Positions 36,317-46,907 are shown, numbered from the stretch's first letter. The stretch is DNA of 57,746 nucleotides from Thermoleophilia bacterium (GCA_040768135.1 JAXGNF010000007.1:1-57746); one strand, 5' to 3'. The notes: generated by a model not told the origin, from the letters alone. Made by a program: numbers and translations.

Positions 36317-37401
36317 TCCACCGGATCGATCAGCATGGCGTCGCCGAAGCTGAACAAGCGATAGCGGCGGGCCACCGCGTCTTGGTAGGCGGCCCGTAGG
36401 CGCTCTACACCGGCGAAGGCCATGGTGAGGGCGAGCACGCTGCTCCTTGGTAGGTGAAAGTTCGTGAGGAGCGCGTTAACCGCTTGGAAATGGTAGCCGG
36501 GGGTGATGTAGATATCGGTCGAACCGCACACCGGCCCAGAGGGCGCCGCCTCGTTCAAGGCCCCATCGCGGGCCAAGGTCTCCAAGACCCGGGTCGCGGT
36601 AGTGCCTATGGCAACCAGTCTACTGCCCTTCGCCTTGGCTTCTCTCAGCCGACGTACTGCTCCCTCTTGTACGCAATACCACTCGCAGTGGATTCGATGA
36701 TCTTCGATGACTTCGTCACGGATGGGTAGAAACGTGTCCAGCCCCACATGTAACGTCACGAACACCGATTCCACCCCAGCCGTCTCCAGTTGCCGCAACA
36801 GACCAGGAGTAAAGTGAAGACCGGCCGTGGGCGCCGCGGCTGACCCTAAGACTCTGGCATACACGGTCTGATACCCGTCGGGGTCTTCAGGGTAGGATCT
36901 GATGTAGGGAGGGAGAGGCAACTCACCCTGTGCTTCCAAAGCCGATACCATGGAGCGCCCAGGTGGCCCCTCGACCACCCAACGGCCCTCGCCCAACAGC
37001 CGCTCCAAAGTCAGGGTCTCCCCTCGTTCGAGGAGCAGTTCGCCCCCAGGGCGCAACCTGTGGGAGGGGCGAGCCAAGACCTCCCACGACTCGCCGCGAA
37101 GGGCATTCTTATTTTCCGACGACCACCCCTGCTCCGTCAGACCGTTGAGCGGCCGCAGGAAGAGTACTTCTATCTCCGCACCGGTGGGTTTACGCGCATA
37201 GACCCGTGCCGGGAAGACCCGAGAGTCGTTGAAGACCAATACGTCCCCCGCCCTCAAGAGGCTGGGCAAATCCGAGAACACAAGATGTTGGTAGCCGCCA
37301 CCTGCGCTCAGGTGCATGAGGCGGCATGAGTCGCGGGGCTCCGCCGGCTGCTGCGCGATCAGCTCTTCGGGAAAATCAAAATCAAGCTCTTCTAGTCGCA
37401 C
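36307..37401 (-). CDS. queA: S-adenosylmethionine:tRNA ribosyltransferase-isomerase
   Basis: PLPPYI, YQTVYA, AAAPTAGLHF, TLHVG, TNFHLP, FSFGDAM. Confidence 0.97.
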   Translation of the reverse strand: MRLEELDFDFPEELIAQQPAEPRDSCRLMHLSAGGGYQHLVFSDLPSLLRAGDVLVFNDSRVFPARVYARKPTGAEIEVLFLRPLNGLTEQGWSSENKNALRGESWEVLARPSHRLRPGGELLLERGETLTLERLLGEGRWVVEGPPGRSMVSALEAQGELPLPPYIRSYPEDPDGYQTVYARVLGSAAAPTAGLHFTPGLLRQLETAGVESVFVTLHVGLDTFLPIRDEVIEDHRIHCEWYCVQEGAVRRLREAKAKGSRLVAIGTTATRVLETLARDGALNEAAPSGPVCGSTDIYITPGYHFQAVNALLTNFHLPRSSVLALTMAFAGVERLRAAYQDAVARRYRLFSFGDAMLIDPVDTK

Positions 37402-37447
37402 TTCGGTAGCACCAGATCACGCATCGCGCCGGCCACAGACCTCCCGT

Positions 37448-37651
37448 TCATCGGCGCGAGAATAGGTACAGCACCAAAGAGCCGACTACGCTCAGAAGTA
37501 TCATCAGGCCGAAAGGGATATAGACGGTGACGTTCTTGCCTTTGAAGACGAAGTCGCCGGGCAAATGGGTCCAACCCAGCTTGGCTATGAGATACAAAAT
37601 CCCCCCAAGCACCAAAAACCCCACGCCGACCCCGATGACTATCTTGGCCAT
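37448..37651 (-). CDS. DUF2905 small membrane protein
   Basis: LPGDF....NVTVYIP...MILLSVV pattern; usual ruvB/queA neighbour. Confidence 0.8.
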   Translation of the reverse strand: MAKIVIGVGVGFLVLGGILYLIAKLGWTHLPGDFVFKGKNVTVYIPFGLMILLSVVGSLVLYLFSRR

Positions 37652-37655
37652 GGCC

Positions 37656-38186
37656 TCAAGACCCACGATAGCGCTCCCACTCTGAAATGAGGCAGCCACA
37701 GTACTTCTGGCGATATATCCCCAGCTCCCTACTGAGCCGTCGGGAGTCGTTATACAAGGGGCGCAGATCCTGGTAGATGAACTCGACGCCGTGGCGTTCG
37801 CCCACCCTCTCCCCCTCACAGCGGATGGCCTCATGGTCTTGCCACGGACTGATAGACAGGCTGGTCGAAAAGGCGTCGCAGCCCAGCCTTACGGCCTCCT
37901 CCGCTGTACGGTCCAGTCTCTGTGCGATGCAGCGGATACAACGCGAACCCTCACCGGCCACGACCGAACCAAACCACGAGGAGGGATCGTAGCTATGGTC
38001 TTCGACCAAGTCTACCCCGGCCACCTCACAAACGTCCCTCGTTCCTGTGAGCCGGCGTCTGTACTCCAACAAGGGATGGATATTGGGATTGAAAGAGAAC
38101 CCCAGCACCTCGGTTCCTCTCTGCTGCCACCAAGGAATGGTGGCGCTCGCACAGGGACCGCAACATATATGTAGAAGCAGCTTCAT
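37656..38186 (-). CDS. queH: Epoxyqueuosine reductase QueH
   Basis: LLHICCGPC, NPNIHP, RCIRC, STSLSISP, YCGC. Confidence 0.9.
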   Translation of the reverse strand: MKLLLHICCGPCASATIPWWQQRGTEVLGFSFNPNIHPLLEYRRRLTGTRDVCEVAGVDLVEDHSYDPSSWFGSVVAGEGSRCIRCIAQRLDRTAEEAVRLGCDAFSTSLSISPWQDHEAIRCEGERVGERHGVEFIYQDLRPLYNDSRRLSRELGIYRQKYCGCLISEWERYRGS

Positions 38187-38208
38187 TTCTTCACGGCCCC
38201 AGTGCCGC

Positions 38209-39246
38209 TCAGCTGAACAGGGTCTCCGGCGACGCCTGGGCGGCCGCCGGTGGCAGGACGCCACAGTGCTCATAACCCAGGCGAGTCAGCACCCGCCCAC
38301 GCGGTGTCCGCATGAGGAAGCCCCGTTGCAGAAGAAACGGCTCGTATACGTCCTCGATGGTGTCGGCCTCTTCTCCTATGGCCACCGCCAGCGTCGACAG
38401 CCCTACCGGGCCGCCATCAAACTTGTGCAGGATGAGGTTGAGAATCTCGCGGTCGACCCGGTCCAGCCCCTCGTCGTCCACTTCAAACAGATGTAGAGCC
38501 TCAAGGGCGATCTCCCCGTTGATATGGCCTTCGTGCCGCACCTGTGCGTAATCGCGCACCCGGCGTAGCAGGCGGTTCGCGATGCGCGGCGTGCCCCGCG
38601 AACGGAGGGCCAACTGTCGGGTGCCTTCGTCGTCGATGCCGACACCCAAGATGTCGGCCGATCTGGAGACTATGCGGCCCAGATCAGCCACCGAGTAATA
38701 ATCTAAGCGGTGAGAGAACCCAAAACGATCTCGCAGAGGCGTGGTGATAAGCCCGCTACGAGTGGTGGCCCCGATGAGTGTGAAACGCGGCAGTGGCAGT
38801 CGGATGGTCCGCGCACTCGGACCTTGGCCAATGACGATATCTATCTCGAAGTCCTCCATGGCCGGATAAAGGATTTCTTCGATGGAACGGTTCAGCCGGT
38901 GGATCTCGTCGATGAAAAGAACGTCACCATCCTCAAGGCCGGTCAGAATCGCCGCCATGTCGGCTTTGCGCTCAAGCGCAGGGCCCGAGGTCGTCACGAT
39001 GTTGACCCTCATTTCCTGCGCGATGATGTTGGCAAGAGTGGTCTTGCCCAGCCCAGGTGGTCCTGCCAACAGAACATGGTCAAGTGGTTCTCCGCGTGAG
39101 ATAGCCGCCTCGATGAAGATCTGTAGTTGCTCCCGCAACACCGGCTGGCCTACGAATGCCGCCAAGGACCGCGGCCTCAACGTACGCTCTAGTTCCTGCT
39201 CCTGCGGCGTCTCCTCGGGATCAGCCAGGCGCTCTTCGTCTTCCAC
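38209..39246 (-). CDS. ruvB: Holliday junction helicase RuvB
   Basis: [33 protein letters not shown]. Confidence 0.97.
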   Translation of the reverse strand: MEDEERLADPEETPQEQELERTLRPRSLAAFVGQPVLREQLQIFIEAAISRGEPLDHVLLAGPPGLGKTTLANIIAQEMRVNIVTTSGPALERKADMAAILTGLEDGDVLFIDEIHRLNRSIEEILYPAMEDFEIDIVIGQGPSARTIRLPLPRFTLIGATTRSGLITTPLRDRFGFSHRLDYYSVADLGRIVSRSADILGVGIDDEGTRQLALRSRGTPRIANRLLRRVRDYAQVRHEGHINGEIALEALHLFEVDDEGLDRVDREILNLILHKFDGGPVGLSTLAVAIGEEADTIEDVYEPFLLQRGFLMRTPRGRVLTRLGYEHCGVLPPAAAQASPETLFS

Positions 39247-39282
39247 TTATCCTCGTCCCTTCCGGATAGTCCCCTCGCCCGC

Positions 39283-39879
39283 TCAGGCCCGTCTGGTGAG
39301 CGCATCACGTATGAGTTCCTCCACCGGACGCTCCGGATCGAGCGGGGCCAGAAGCCTGTCGGCTTCGAGCATACTGTATCCGAGTTCGACCAACGCGGCG
39401 CGCGCCAGCCCCAGCGAACCTCCATCCGTCACCGCGCCACCGGCCACCAGAGCGACCTCAGTACCGAGCGAGCCGAAGCCACCGACCTTCTCCTTCAACT
39501 CCAAGATGAGACGCTCGGCCGTCTTTTTGCCTATCCCGGGGATAGACGAGAGCAGAGCCACGTCGCCCCCAGCCAAGGCCCTCCGCAGGTCAGGTGCCCT
39601 CTTATGCGAAAGCGCAGCCAATGCCAGCTTGGGCCCGATTTTGCTCACACCCAGTAGGAGACGGAACAATTCCCGCTCTTCCTCACCGGAGAAACCATGA
39701 AGTTGAAGGGCATCATCCCGCACATGAAGATGCGTGAAAACCGTCACTTGCTCGCCGATATCGGGCATATCCCGTAGGGTGATAGCCGACACCTCAAGAG
39801 CGAAGCCTACCCCCCCGACATCCAACACAACGCTTTCTGGAGTCTTGGCGGCCACCGTTCCTGTTAGCCGTTCGATCAC
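39283..39879 (-). CDS. ruvA: Holliday junction DNA-binding protein RuvA
   Basis: DVGGVG, VSKIGPK, PGIGKKTAERL.LEL. Confidence 0.96.
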   Translation of the reverse strand: MIERLTGTVAAKTPESVVLDVGGVGFALEVSAITLRDMPDIGEQVTVFTHLHVRDDALQLHGFSGEEERELFRLLLGVSKIGPKLALAALSHKRAPDLRRALAGGDVALLSSIPGIGKKTAERLILELKEKVGGFGSLGTEVALVAGGAVTDGGSLGLARAALVELGYSMLEADRLLAPLDPERPVEELIRDALTRRA

Positions 39880-40433
39880 CCTTCCCTCCGGGGCGCCGCC
39901 GCCTGGGCCTCGCGTTGGGCCACGCTCTTCGCGACCCGCTCGCGCAGTCCTCGACTGTTCGCATGGCAGATGGCTACTCCCAGAGCGTCTGCCGCATGAT
40001 CGGGCCGGGGCGTCTCAGCCAGACCAAGCAGGATCCGCACCATCTCCATCACCTGCTCCTTGCCCGCCTTGCCGTAGCCGACCACGGCCTGCTTCACCTG
40101 TTGCGGAGTGTACTCGAACACCTCGCAGCCCACCTGCGAACAGGCCAGCAAAGCCACCCCGCGGGCATGTCCCACAGCCAGAGCGGTGCGTACGTTAAGG
40201 TTGAAATACAATGATTCGACTGCCGTGGCGCCCGGCCTATACTTTTCGAGGAGCTCGGTGACGGCTGCATGGATTCGTTCCAAACGTTGCTCCAGCGGAG
40301 CTCCGGCAGGCGTATCGATCACTCCATACTCGATAACGCGTAACCGGTTGCCCACAGCCGATATCACTCCGAAGCCGGTGAAAGCCGTCCCCGGGTCGAG
40401 ACCGACTATCACCCGGTCGGCCACCTCCGCCAT
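39876..40433 (-). CDS. ruvC: Crossover junction endodeoxyribonuclease RuvC
   Basis: GLDPG, VES, QVKQAV.GYG.A.KEQV, DHAADA; start ATG 40433. Confidence 0.95.
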   Translation of the reverse strand: MAEVADRVIVGLDPGTAFTGFGVISAVGNRLRVIEYGVIDTPAGAPLEQRLERIHAAVTELLEKYRPGATAVESLYFNLNVRTALAVGHARGVALLACSQVGCEVFEYTPQQVKQAVVGYGKAGKEQVMEMVRILLGLAETPRPDHAADALGVAICHANSRGLRERVAKSVAQREAQAAAPRREG

Positions 40434-40449
40434 CAACCCATCGAGGCCG

Positions 40450-41202
40450 CTACCCGGCCAGAGCTTCCATGACGTCGTCGGGGATGTCGAAGTTCGCATA
40501 GACCTCCTGAACGTCGTCGTTCTCCTCCAACGCATCAAGAAGTCGCAACGTCTTGCGCGCGTCGGCCTCGTCGAGAGCCACTGTGTTCTTCGGGATCATT
40601 GTCACCTCGGCCGATGTGAAGGCGATACCCGCGTCTTCGAGGCTCTTGCGCACACTCATGAAATCAGCCGGGTCGCAGCGGATCTCGAACGCGTCGCCCT
40701 CAGCCAGCACGTCCTCGGCCCCCGCGTCGACCACGACTGTCATCAAATCGTCCTCATCGACTCCGGCGGCGTCAACGAAGATCACGCCCTTGCGCTCAAA
40801 CATCCAACTCACCGAACCGTCGGTGCCCAGTTTGCCTCCCCCTCGATCGAAGGCGTATCGAACGTCGGCCGCCGTGCGGTTCTTATTGTCGGTGAGTACG
40901 GTGAGATACACGGCCACCCCGGCCGGACCATAACCCTCATAAGTGAGACGGTGGTAGGTCTCGGCATCAGAACCTACTCCCATGCCCTTCTTGATGGCCC
41001 GGTCGATGTTGTCGTTGGGCACATTGGCATCTTTGGCCTTGACAATGGCCTGGGCCAACGCGGCATTGTGGTCGGGATCGCCTCCTCCCTCGCGCGCGGC
41101 TACTGTGATGGCCCGAGCCAATTTGCCGAACATCGCCCCCCGTTTGGCGTCGACCAACGCCTTCTTGTGCTTGATGCCCGCCCATTTGGAATGCCCCGCC
41201 AT
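40450..41202 (-). CDS. YebC/PmpR-family protein
   Basis: MAGHSKWAGIKHKK, YEGYGP, DDVQEVYAN. Confidence 0.96.
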   Translation of the reverse strand: MAGHSKWAGIKHKKALVDAKRGAMFGKLARAITVAAREGGGDPDHNAALAQAIVKAKDANVPNDNIDRAIKKGMGVGSDAETYHRLTYEGYGPAGVAVYLTVLTDNKNRTAADVRYAFDRGGGKLGTDGSVSWMFERKGVIFVDAAGVDEDDLMTVVVDAGAEDVLAEGDAFEIRCDPADFMSVRKSLEDAGIAFTSAEVTMIPKNTVALDEADARKTLRLLDALEENDDVQEVYANFDIPDDVMEALAG

Positions 41203-41308
41203 ATCACCAACCTCCGCTCGTGCTCGGGCTCGGTTATCGTCTCTGTCGCCCGAATCAAAGTTTAGCCGAGGCTCCGGACGCCTTCAACGCGCGACGCCCG
41301 GACCGCAC

Positions 41309-42172
41309 TCAGCGCAACCAGCCCGATTCGGCGGCCTTGTCGCGCACCGCCCGAACGCGTGAATCATAGAGATCACGATCTCGGCTATAGATGGCAGCCG
41401 CCAACGCGCTCACGAGACTGATCGGACCAACGAGAGAGTGGGCGAAGAAGGTGGAGTCGATGTCGGCATACAGAGTCACGGAGCCTTTGCCCGCAAGCTC
41501 CGACAACGAATTGTCGGTGATGACGATCACATCGGCCCCCTGCGCACCCGCCTTCTCGGCAAACGAAACCGTCACCGAGTGTGCCCGTCGAAATCCAATG
41601 GCCATGAGGGCATCCCCAGGCCCCAAACGGGTAAGGCGAGCCACATTCGACTCAGTGCTGTCGGTGACCGCCAAGCAGGGAATGCCAAGCAACTCGAGCA
41701 CGTACGAAGCGTGCTGGGCGACCACGGACGCCTCATGGAGGCCGACTGCCAACACCTGCGACGCCGTCGCCAGCATACTCGCCGCTTGGTTGAAGCGCTC
41801 AAGCGTGTTCTTGCTGATGGTCTCCTCGAGACTGAGGCTGTCGGTGCGGAGCGACCGGGTAAGAACGTCCTCTTCGATAGAAAAACCCAGTTGGTCCTCG
41901 TGAACGACCGGCCGAGCGGTGGGGCCGAGCCGGTACTCGTCACGAGCCGCCTTCTGCAACTCGGGATATCCGGTGAACCCCAGGGATTGGGCGAAGCGGA
42001 CCACAGTAGAACTGGAGGTGTTACCCTTCTGACCTACCTCTTCGGCACTAAGATAGGCGACCTCTTCGAGATGATCGATTATGTACCGCGCGATGGCCTT
42101 CTGAGAGCGGGAGAAGCCCTCAAAACCTTCGCGCAGCAGATCACTTACCCGCCGTGGTCTGGCGTCGTCCAC
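41309..42172 (-). CDS. MurR/RpiR-family transcriptional regulator
   Basis: HTH SSSTVVRFAQSLGFTGYPELQ plus SIS domain ITD...S. Confidence 0.92.
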   Translation of the reverse strand: MDDARPRRVSDLLREGFEGFSRSQKAIARYIIDHLEEVAYLSAEEVGQKGNTSSSTVVRFAQSLGFTGYPELQKAARDEYRLGPTARPVVHEDQLGFSIEEDVLTRSLRTDSLSLEETISKNTLERFNQAASMLATASQVLAVGLHEASVVAQHASYVLELLGIPCLAVTDSTESNVARLTRLGPGDALMAIGFRRAHSVTVSFAEKAGAQGADVIVITDNSLSELAGKGSVTLYADIDSTFFAHSLVGPISLVSALAAAIYSRDRDLYDSRVRAVRDKAAESGWLR

Positions 42173-42194
42173 ATCCCCTCCGGCAACGCTCTTG

Positions 42195-42218
42195 GTTGCA
42201 TCAACTCAATAATACAAC
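42195..42218. promoter_or_regulatory. Inverted repeat overlapping a putative extended -10 upstream of rpiR; possible autoregulatory operator
   Basis: GTTGCAT-N10-ATACAAC; TG-TATTAT on the - strand. Confidence 0.35.
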
Positions 42219-42305
42219 ATCCATTGCATCCATCCTGCCGTCCTCATCGGTCGGGGATGACACATTCTTGAGTTTCGAGGGACGATATTTCTTTGGAGGA
42301 AAGGG

Positions 42306-42331
42306 CCCGGCGGCCCCGAGGGGCCGCCGGG
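42306..42331 (-). terminator. Hairpin after rubredoxin
   Basis: CCCGGCGGCCC-ctcg-GGGCCGCCGGG followed by CCCTTT. Confidence 0.5.
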
Positions 42332-42376
42332 AACAGTGTTCGTGGCGATGAGAAGGGCTCCGGCGCGCCCGGGCCG

Positions 42377-42541
42377 TTACTCCTCCAGCTTTTCGAACTC
42401 CTCTACTCCTACCCCGCAATCGGGGCACAACCAGTCTTCAGGCAGATCTTCGAAGGGTGTTCCCGGAGGGATGTCTTGCGTGGGGTCACCCACCTCCGGA
42501 TCATAGACATAATCACATACTAGGCAGACCCATTTATCCAT
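42377..42541 (-). CDS. Rubredoxin (54 aa, below the ORF-track cutoff)
   Basis: Manual translation [54 protein letters not shown], two CxxC; GGAG RBS. Confidence 0.95.
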   Translation of the reverse strand: MDKWVCLVCDYVYDPEVGDPTQDIPPGTPFEDLPEDWLCPDCGVGVEEFEKLEE

Positions 42542-42542
42542 G

Positions 42543-44630
42543 TCACTGCTCCGCTTGCTTTCGGGCTTTGGCTTCTTCGACTATCTTGTCGGCAAGGTGC
42601 GCCGGCACCTCTTCGTAATGGTCTAGTTCCAGGGTGAACGACCCCCGCCCCGCCGTCATGGACCGGAGCTGCGGGGCATAGGTCAGCATCTCGGCCAACG
42701 GCACCTGCGCTCGAATCACGTGCATCTCGCCCATGGTCTCACTCCCCTGCGGCCGTCCGCGACGGCTTGACAGGTCGCCCATGATGTCGCCCATGTTCTC
42801 CTCAGGAGCGATGACTTCTACGTTCATGACCGGTTCGAGGAGGGCAGGCATAGCGTCTGCCATGGCTTTGTTCCAGGCAAGGGAGCCGGCCAATTTGAAG
42901 GCCAGCTCAGACGAGTCCACCGTGTGGTATGAGCCGTCGTACAGTTTGACCTTGACATCCACCACCGGATAGCCCGCCACCACCCCGTGCTCCATGGCCT
43001 CGATGATGCCTTTCTCCACAGCCGGGATGAAGTTGCGCGGGATAGAGCCTCCAAAAATGGCATCTTCGAACTCATAGCCCTCGCCCCGCGGTTTGGGTTC
43101 CACTTCGATCCAGCAATCGCCGAACTGGCCCCGGCCGCCGGTTTGTTTCTTATGCCTACCTTGGGCGTTGGCCTTTTTGCGGATGGTCTCCCGGTAGGGT
43201 ACCTGCGGGGGCTGCAGGTCGACCTCGACCCCGAAGCGTCTCTTCAGCTTGTCAAGGATGACTTCTACGTGGACCTGACTTGTGCCCGAGATGAGCATCT
43301 CTTTGGTCTGGGGGTCGAAGCGTACTTCCATAGCGGGGTCTTCTTCGCTCAAGCGCTTGAGTCCAGCGCTGACCTTTTCCTCGTCACCCCTGGTCTTGGG
43401 AGTGATGGCGAAGGAGATGGCGGCGGGTGGGAATTCGAAACGGGCGAACCGTAGCGGGCGACCGGGGTCGGTCATAGTGTCGCCCGTGCCTGTGTCCTTA
43501 AGTTTCGCCAGAGCCACGATGTCACCTGCAGCCGCTTCGTCGACACCTTTGGTCTCCTTACCCCGCATGAGGAGGATGTTACCCGTCCGCTCCTTCTCGC
43601 CGGTGCGGATGTTGAGCAGCTGTGAATCGGTGGCAATCCTGCCCGAAAAGATGCGCGCCAAGTTAACGCGGCCTGAGAACTGGTCGTAGATGGTCTTGAA
43701 CACGAATAGCGACGTGGGAGCCGTCGGGTCGAGGGCCACCGCCACTTCATCAGTCCCGGTAGTACCCTCGAGCGCCGTACGCTCGCCTTTGTCGAGCGGC
43801 GAAGGGCCGGTTAGGATCAGGTCGAGCAACCGATCGGTGCCGATGTTCTTCGTCACACAAACCGGGATGGCCGGGGATACCACCCCTGCAGTGATGGCGA
43901 CTTTGAGAGCCGAAGCTATCTCCTCTTGGCTCAACTCCTCGCCCTCTAGATACTTCTCCAACAGCTCATCGTCGGACTCCGCCACCCGGTCGACCAAGAC
44001 TTCGTGGGCTTCGTCAGCAGCCTCCTGCATGTCGTCCGGGATGGGCGCCTCCGTGCCCTTGCCCGTCCCCTCCGTGTACATGAACGCCTTCATGCTCACC
44101 AGGTCGACGATCCCCTTGAACCCCGCTTCCTCCCCAATAGGGAGGGCGACCGCGACGGCCTCATCCCCGAAACGCGCCTTCAGAGTCTCCATGACTTCGC
44201 CGAAATGCGCCCGCTCTCGGTCCATCATATTGACTGCAACGATCCTTGAGACGCCCATGTCTCGAGCCCGCTTCCACAAACGTTCGGTCTGCACCTCGAC
44301 TTTGGCGACAGCGTTTACGACCACCAGAGCGTTCTCTACCACAGGCAGGGTCCCCAGCGCCTCAGTGATGAAAGAGGCTTCGCCGGGGGTGTCCACCAAG
44401 TTGATCTTGTTATGCGCCCACTCAACATAGGCCAGTCCGGCAGAGATGCTCATCTGCCGCTTGATCTCATCCTCTTCGTAGTCCATCGTGGTGGTGCCGT
44501 CCATGACCGCGCCCAACCGGTTCTTAGCCCCTGCAGTGAACAGAAGCGCCTCAACCAACGACGTCTTCCCCGCTCCGCGGTGGCCCACCACTGCGACGTT
44601 CCTGATCTTGGCCGGGTCCAGCAGCGCCAT
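42543..44630 (-). CDS. Elongation factor G paralog (EF-G2) with non-canonical GTPase motifs
   Basis: [39 protein letters not shown]; AGGAGGAG RBS. Confidence 0.9.
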   Translation of the reverse strand: MALLDPAKIRNVAVVGHRGAGKTSLVEALLFTAGAKNRLGAVMDGTTTMDYEEDEIKRQMSISAGLAYVEWAHNKINLVDTPGEASFITEALGTLPVVENALVVVNAVAKVEVQTERLWKRARDMGVSRIVAVNMMDRERAHFGEVMETLKARFGDEAVAVALPIGEEAGFKGIVDLVSMKAFMYTEGTGKGTEAPIPDDMQEAADEAHEVLVDRVAESDDELLEKYLEGEELSQEEIASALKVAITAGVVSPAIPVCVTKNIGTDRLLDLILTGPSPLDKGERTALEGTTGTDEVAVALDPTAPTSLFVFKTIYDQFSGRVNLARIFSGRIATDSQLLNIRTGEKERTGNILLMRGKETKGVDEAAAGDIVALAKLKDTGTGDTMTDPGRPLRFARFEFPPAAISFAITPKTRGDEEKVSAGLKRLSEEDPAMEVRFDPQTKEMLISGTSQVHVEVILDKLKRRFGVEVDLQPPQVPYRETIRKKANAQGRHKKQTGGRGQFGDCWIEVEPKPRGEGYEFEDAIFGGSIPRNFIPAVEKGIIEAMEHGVVAGYPVVDVKVKLYDGSYHTVDSSELAFKLAGSLAWNKAMADAMPALLEPVMNVEVIAPEENMGDIMGDLSSRRGRPQGSETMGEMHVIRAQVPLAEMLTYAPQLRSMTAGRGSFTLELDHYEEVPAHLADKIVEEAKARKQAEQ

Positions 44631-44716
44631 AGCTCCTCCTCGCTTAAGCCTTGCACCGGGGCAATCGTCCCCTGATATCTCTTGTACCCTTTACATCGAG
44701 ACTGTGAGACCGCTTC

Positions 44717-44746
44717 AACGAAAGACGCTGCCCGGCGGGCAGCGTC
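44717..44746 (-). terminator. Intrinsic terminator at the end of the rpmF unit
   Basis: GACGCTGCCC-gcc-GGGCAGCGTC followed by TTTCGTT. Confidence 0.7.
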
Positions 44747-44836
44747 CCACAACACCCGACCCGAATGTCAACGGATCCAATGCCGTTCTTATCACGATCC
44801 TTCACATCGCGCACGAGCCATCGACTCCCGCGGGGG

Positions 44837-45082
44837 TCAACCACCGATTTTGAGTTGATAACAGCGACCCTTGCTCACCCAACTCACCGCTCCGATCGCG
44901 GCCGGGAGGATCTGAAGGTTACCGTCGCGAGCTTCCACCATGATCATTTCATGATCGCGGTAATAGACCTTTGCCTGCCCGGCCACGGTCTGAGTAGTCG
45001 TAGTCCTCAAACCATCGTCGATCGCCTGGATGGGCGTGGTCAAGCTGACCAACACCTCTCCTTCCTGCACGACGATCTGCAT
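44837..45082 (-). CDS. 81-aa hypothetical protein, possible Sm/Hfq-like beta fold
   Basis: AGGAG RBS; fills the gap between rpmF and the terminator; beta-strand pattern alignable by eye with Hfq. Confidence 0.55.
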   Translation of the reverse strand: MQIVVQEGEVLVSLTTPIQAIDDGLRTTTTQTVAGQAKVYYRDHEMIMVEARDGNLQILPAAIGAVSWVSKGRCYQLKIGG

Positions 45083-45151
45083 GCGCTCTTGACTCCTGTC
45101 AATCGCTGATCAATAAGACATGCGGCCGGCAAAGGCCCGCGTCATTTCCCC

Positions 45152-45331
45152 CTACTCCTCCACTTGCACCACTTGGCGCCCCCTATACATACCGCAATTG
45201 GGGCACACACGGTGCGGGAGTCTTGGGGCATGGCAATGCGGACACTCGACCACACTCGGGGCAGCAGGCGCATGAGTTGCGCGGCGCGAGTCTCTCCGGG
45301 CGCGCGAGGTCTTTTTCTTCGGAACGGCCAT
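45152..45331 (-). CDS. rpmF: 50S ribosomal protein L32 (59 aa, below the ORF-track cutoff)
   Basis: Manual translation MAVPKKKTSRARRDSRRATHAPAAPSVVECPHCHAPRLPHRVCPNCGMYRGRQVVQVEE. Confidence 0.95.
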   Translation of the reverse strand: MAVPKKKTSRARRDSRRATHAPAAPSVVECPHCHAPRLPHRVCPNCGMYRGRQVVQVEE

Positions 45332-45393
45332 TCTCCGCCTCTCTATAAAACCATAGTGAAACCGAGAGTTTGTACCTCATCGGTCGTGATATT

Positions 45394-45912
45394 TCAAGCC
45401 CCGTCACCCTCGCCGAGCTGCAGGCTTTTTAGTTTCTCCCAGCGTTCGTCCATTCTCGGCGGGGCGCATCGGCACTGCTCTACGTTCAGATCCTGCCCGC
45501 ACTGCGGACACAGGCCCCGGCACGACGACGAACATACGACGAGGGGCGGCACCGAAAGAACCACTGCCTCCCGAGCGAGACCGGCCACGTCGAGAACCAT
45601 GCCTTCTACAAACGGGCTGACTTCGGATTCCTCCCATCCGTCTTTGGCTGTGGGGGCGAACTCCTGCTGCTCTGCCCGCACCTCCAGTACAACCTCGTTC
45701 AGACAGCGGGCACAGGGACCATACACCCTCACATCGGCGGCGACTGTGATCAGAAAGCCCCCTGCGACCCGATCTACAGCGACTGCGACCCCCTCCGGGA
45801 TCAAGACTTGATAAGACACGCCTCCCTGAATGACAGGGGACAATTCCAGAGGATACGTCCGTTGGTAGCGCTCCCCCGTACGAAGAGCAAGATCATGTAG
45901 GCTGAGATACAC
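45394..45912 (-). CDS. yceD: YceD/DUF177 protein
   Basis: CARCL, CSSSCRGLCPQCGQDLN, DERWEKLK; upstream of rpmF. Confidence 0.92.
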   Translation of the reverse strand: MYLSLHDLALRTGERYQRTYPLELSPVIQGGVSYQVLIPEGVAVAVDRVAGGFLITVAADVRVYGPCARCLNEVVLEVRAEQQEFAPTAKDGWEESEVSPFVEGMVLDVAGLAREAVVLSVPPLVVCSSSCRGLCPQCGQDLNVEQCRCAPPRMDERWEKLKSLQLGEGDGA

Positions 45913-45951
45913 CGTTATCGTTAGAGAGCAACGGGACTCCCCGCAGCGATC

Positions 45952-46419
45952 CTAGACGCCCTCGCCCTGCTGCCCGGTCTGTAGTCGCTCCCGACCGCGC
46001 TGCACTGCAGCCAAGAATTTATCGAGGTTGGTCTCGAGGGTCCGCAATATCTCGTCGGCGTAATCCTCGGCTCCCAAACGGATCTCACGCTCCCGTGCCT
46101 CGGCCTCCCTAATGATATCTTCAGCCTGACGCTGCGCCCGTTTGACCACCTCCTGCTCGCCGGCCAACCTCTGCGCCTCTTCTCGGCCCTCGGTGAGGAT
46201 CCGCTCTGCTTCTTCTTTGGCTTCTTGGAGCATCTCCTGGCGTTCTTTGACGATCCAACGGGCCTGTTTGATCTCTTCAGGGATGGTGGCCCGCATCTGA
46301 TCGAGCAGGTCATAGATCTCGTCCCGATCGATCATGACCTTATCAGTCATCGGGAAAGTGCTCGCACCATGCACAAGGTCGTCCAGTTTGTCGATCAGAA
46401 CGAGTACGTCCATCGTCAA
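45952..46419 (-). CDS. Conserved coiled-coil protein (ATP synthase b / DivIVA-like) found between coaD and yceD
   Basis: LDQMRATIPEEIKQARWIVKERQ, AEDYAD. Confidence 0.8.
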   Translation of the reverse strand: MTMDVLVLIDKLDDLVHGASTFPMTDKVMIDRDEIYDLLDQMRATIPEEIKQARWIVKERQEMLQEAKEEAERILTEGREEAQRLAGEQEVVKRAQRQAEDIIREAEAREREIRLGAEDYADEILRTLETNLDKFLAAVQRGRERLQTGQQGEGV

Positions 46420-46907
46420 TCCTCCACAGATGGGTACATCTCGGCGAAACGCCGCGCGACGATTTCGGGGACGAGGTCGCTCACACAGCCGCCGAACCTA
46501 GCTATCTCCTTCACGCCGCTGGAGCTGAGGAACGAATACTCCGGCGACGCCATAAGGTACATCGTCTCGAGGTCGGGGTCCAGTTTGCGGTTGAGTTGGG
46601 CCATCTGAAACTCGTACTCGAAGTCGGTCAGGGCTCGGAGGCCTTTCACCAAAACACTCGCTCCCACCTCGCGGGCCAGGCTCACCACGAGGCCACGCAT
46701 AACGGTGACCCTTACATTCGGCAGGTGTTTGGTCGATTCCTCCAAGAACCGCAGACGTTCGTCTGTACTGAATAGCACCGTTTTGCGGAAGGAATCGTCG
46801 ACAACGGCCACCACCACCTGATCGAAAATGGAGCTGCAACGGGTAATCACGTCTACGTGCCCCACGGTGACCGGATCATACGTACCGGGACAGAGAGCGA
46901 TCTTCAA
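46416..46907 (-). CDS. coaD: Pantetheine-phosphate adenylyltransferase
   Basis: PGTYDPVT.GH, KGLRALTDFEYE, LSSSGVKE. Confidence 0.96.
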   Translation of the reverse strand: MKIALCPGTYDPVTVGHVDVITRCSSIFDQVVVAVVDDSFRKTVLFSTDERLRFLEESTKHLPNVRVTVMRGLVVSLAREVGASVLVKGLRALTDFEYEFQMAQLNRKLDPDLETMYLMASPEYSFLSSSGVKEIARFGGCVSDLVPEIVARRFAEMYPSVED

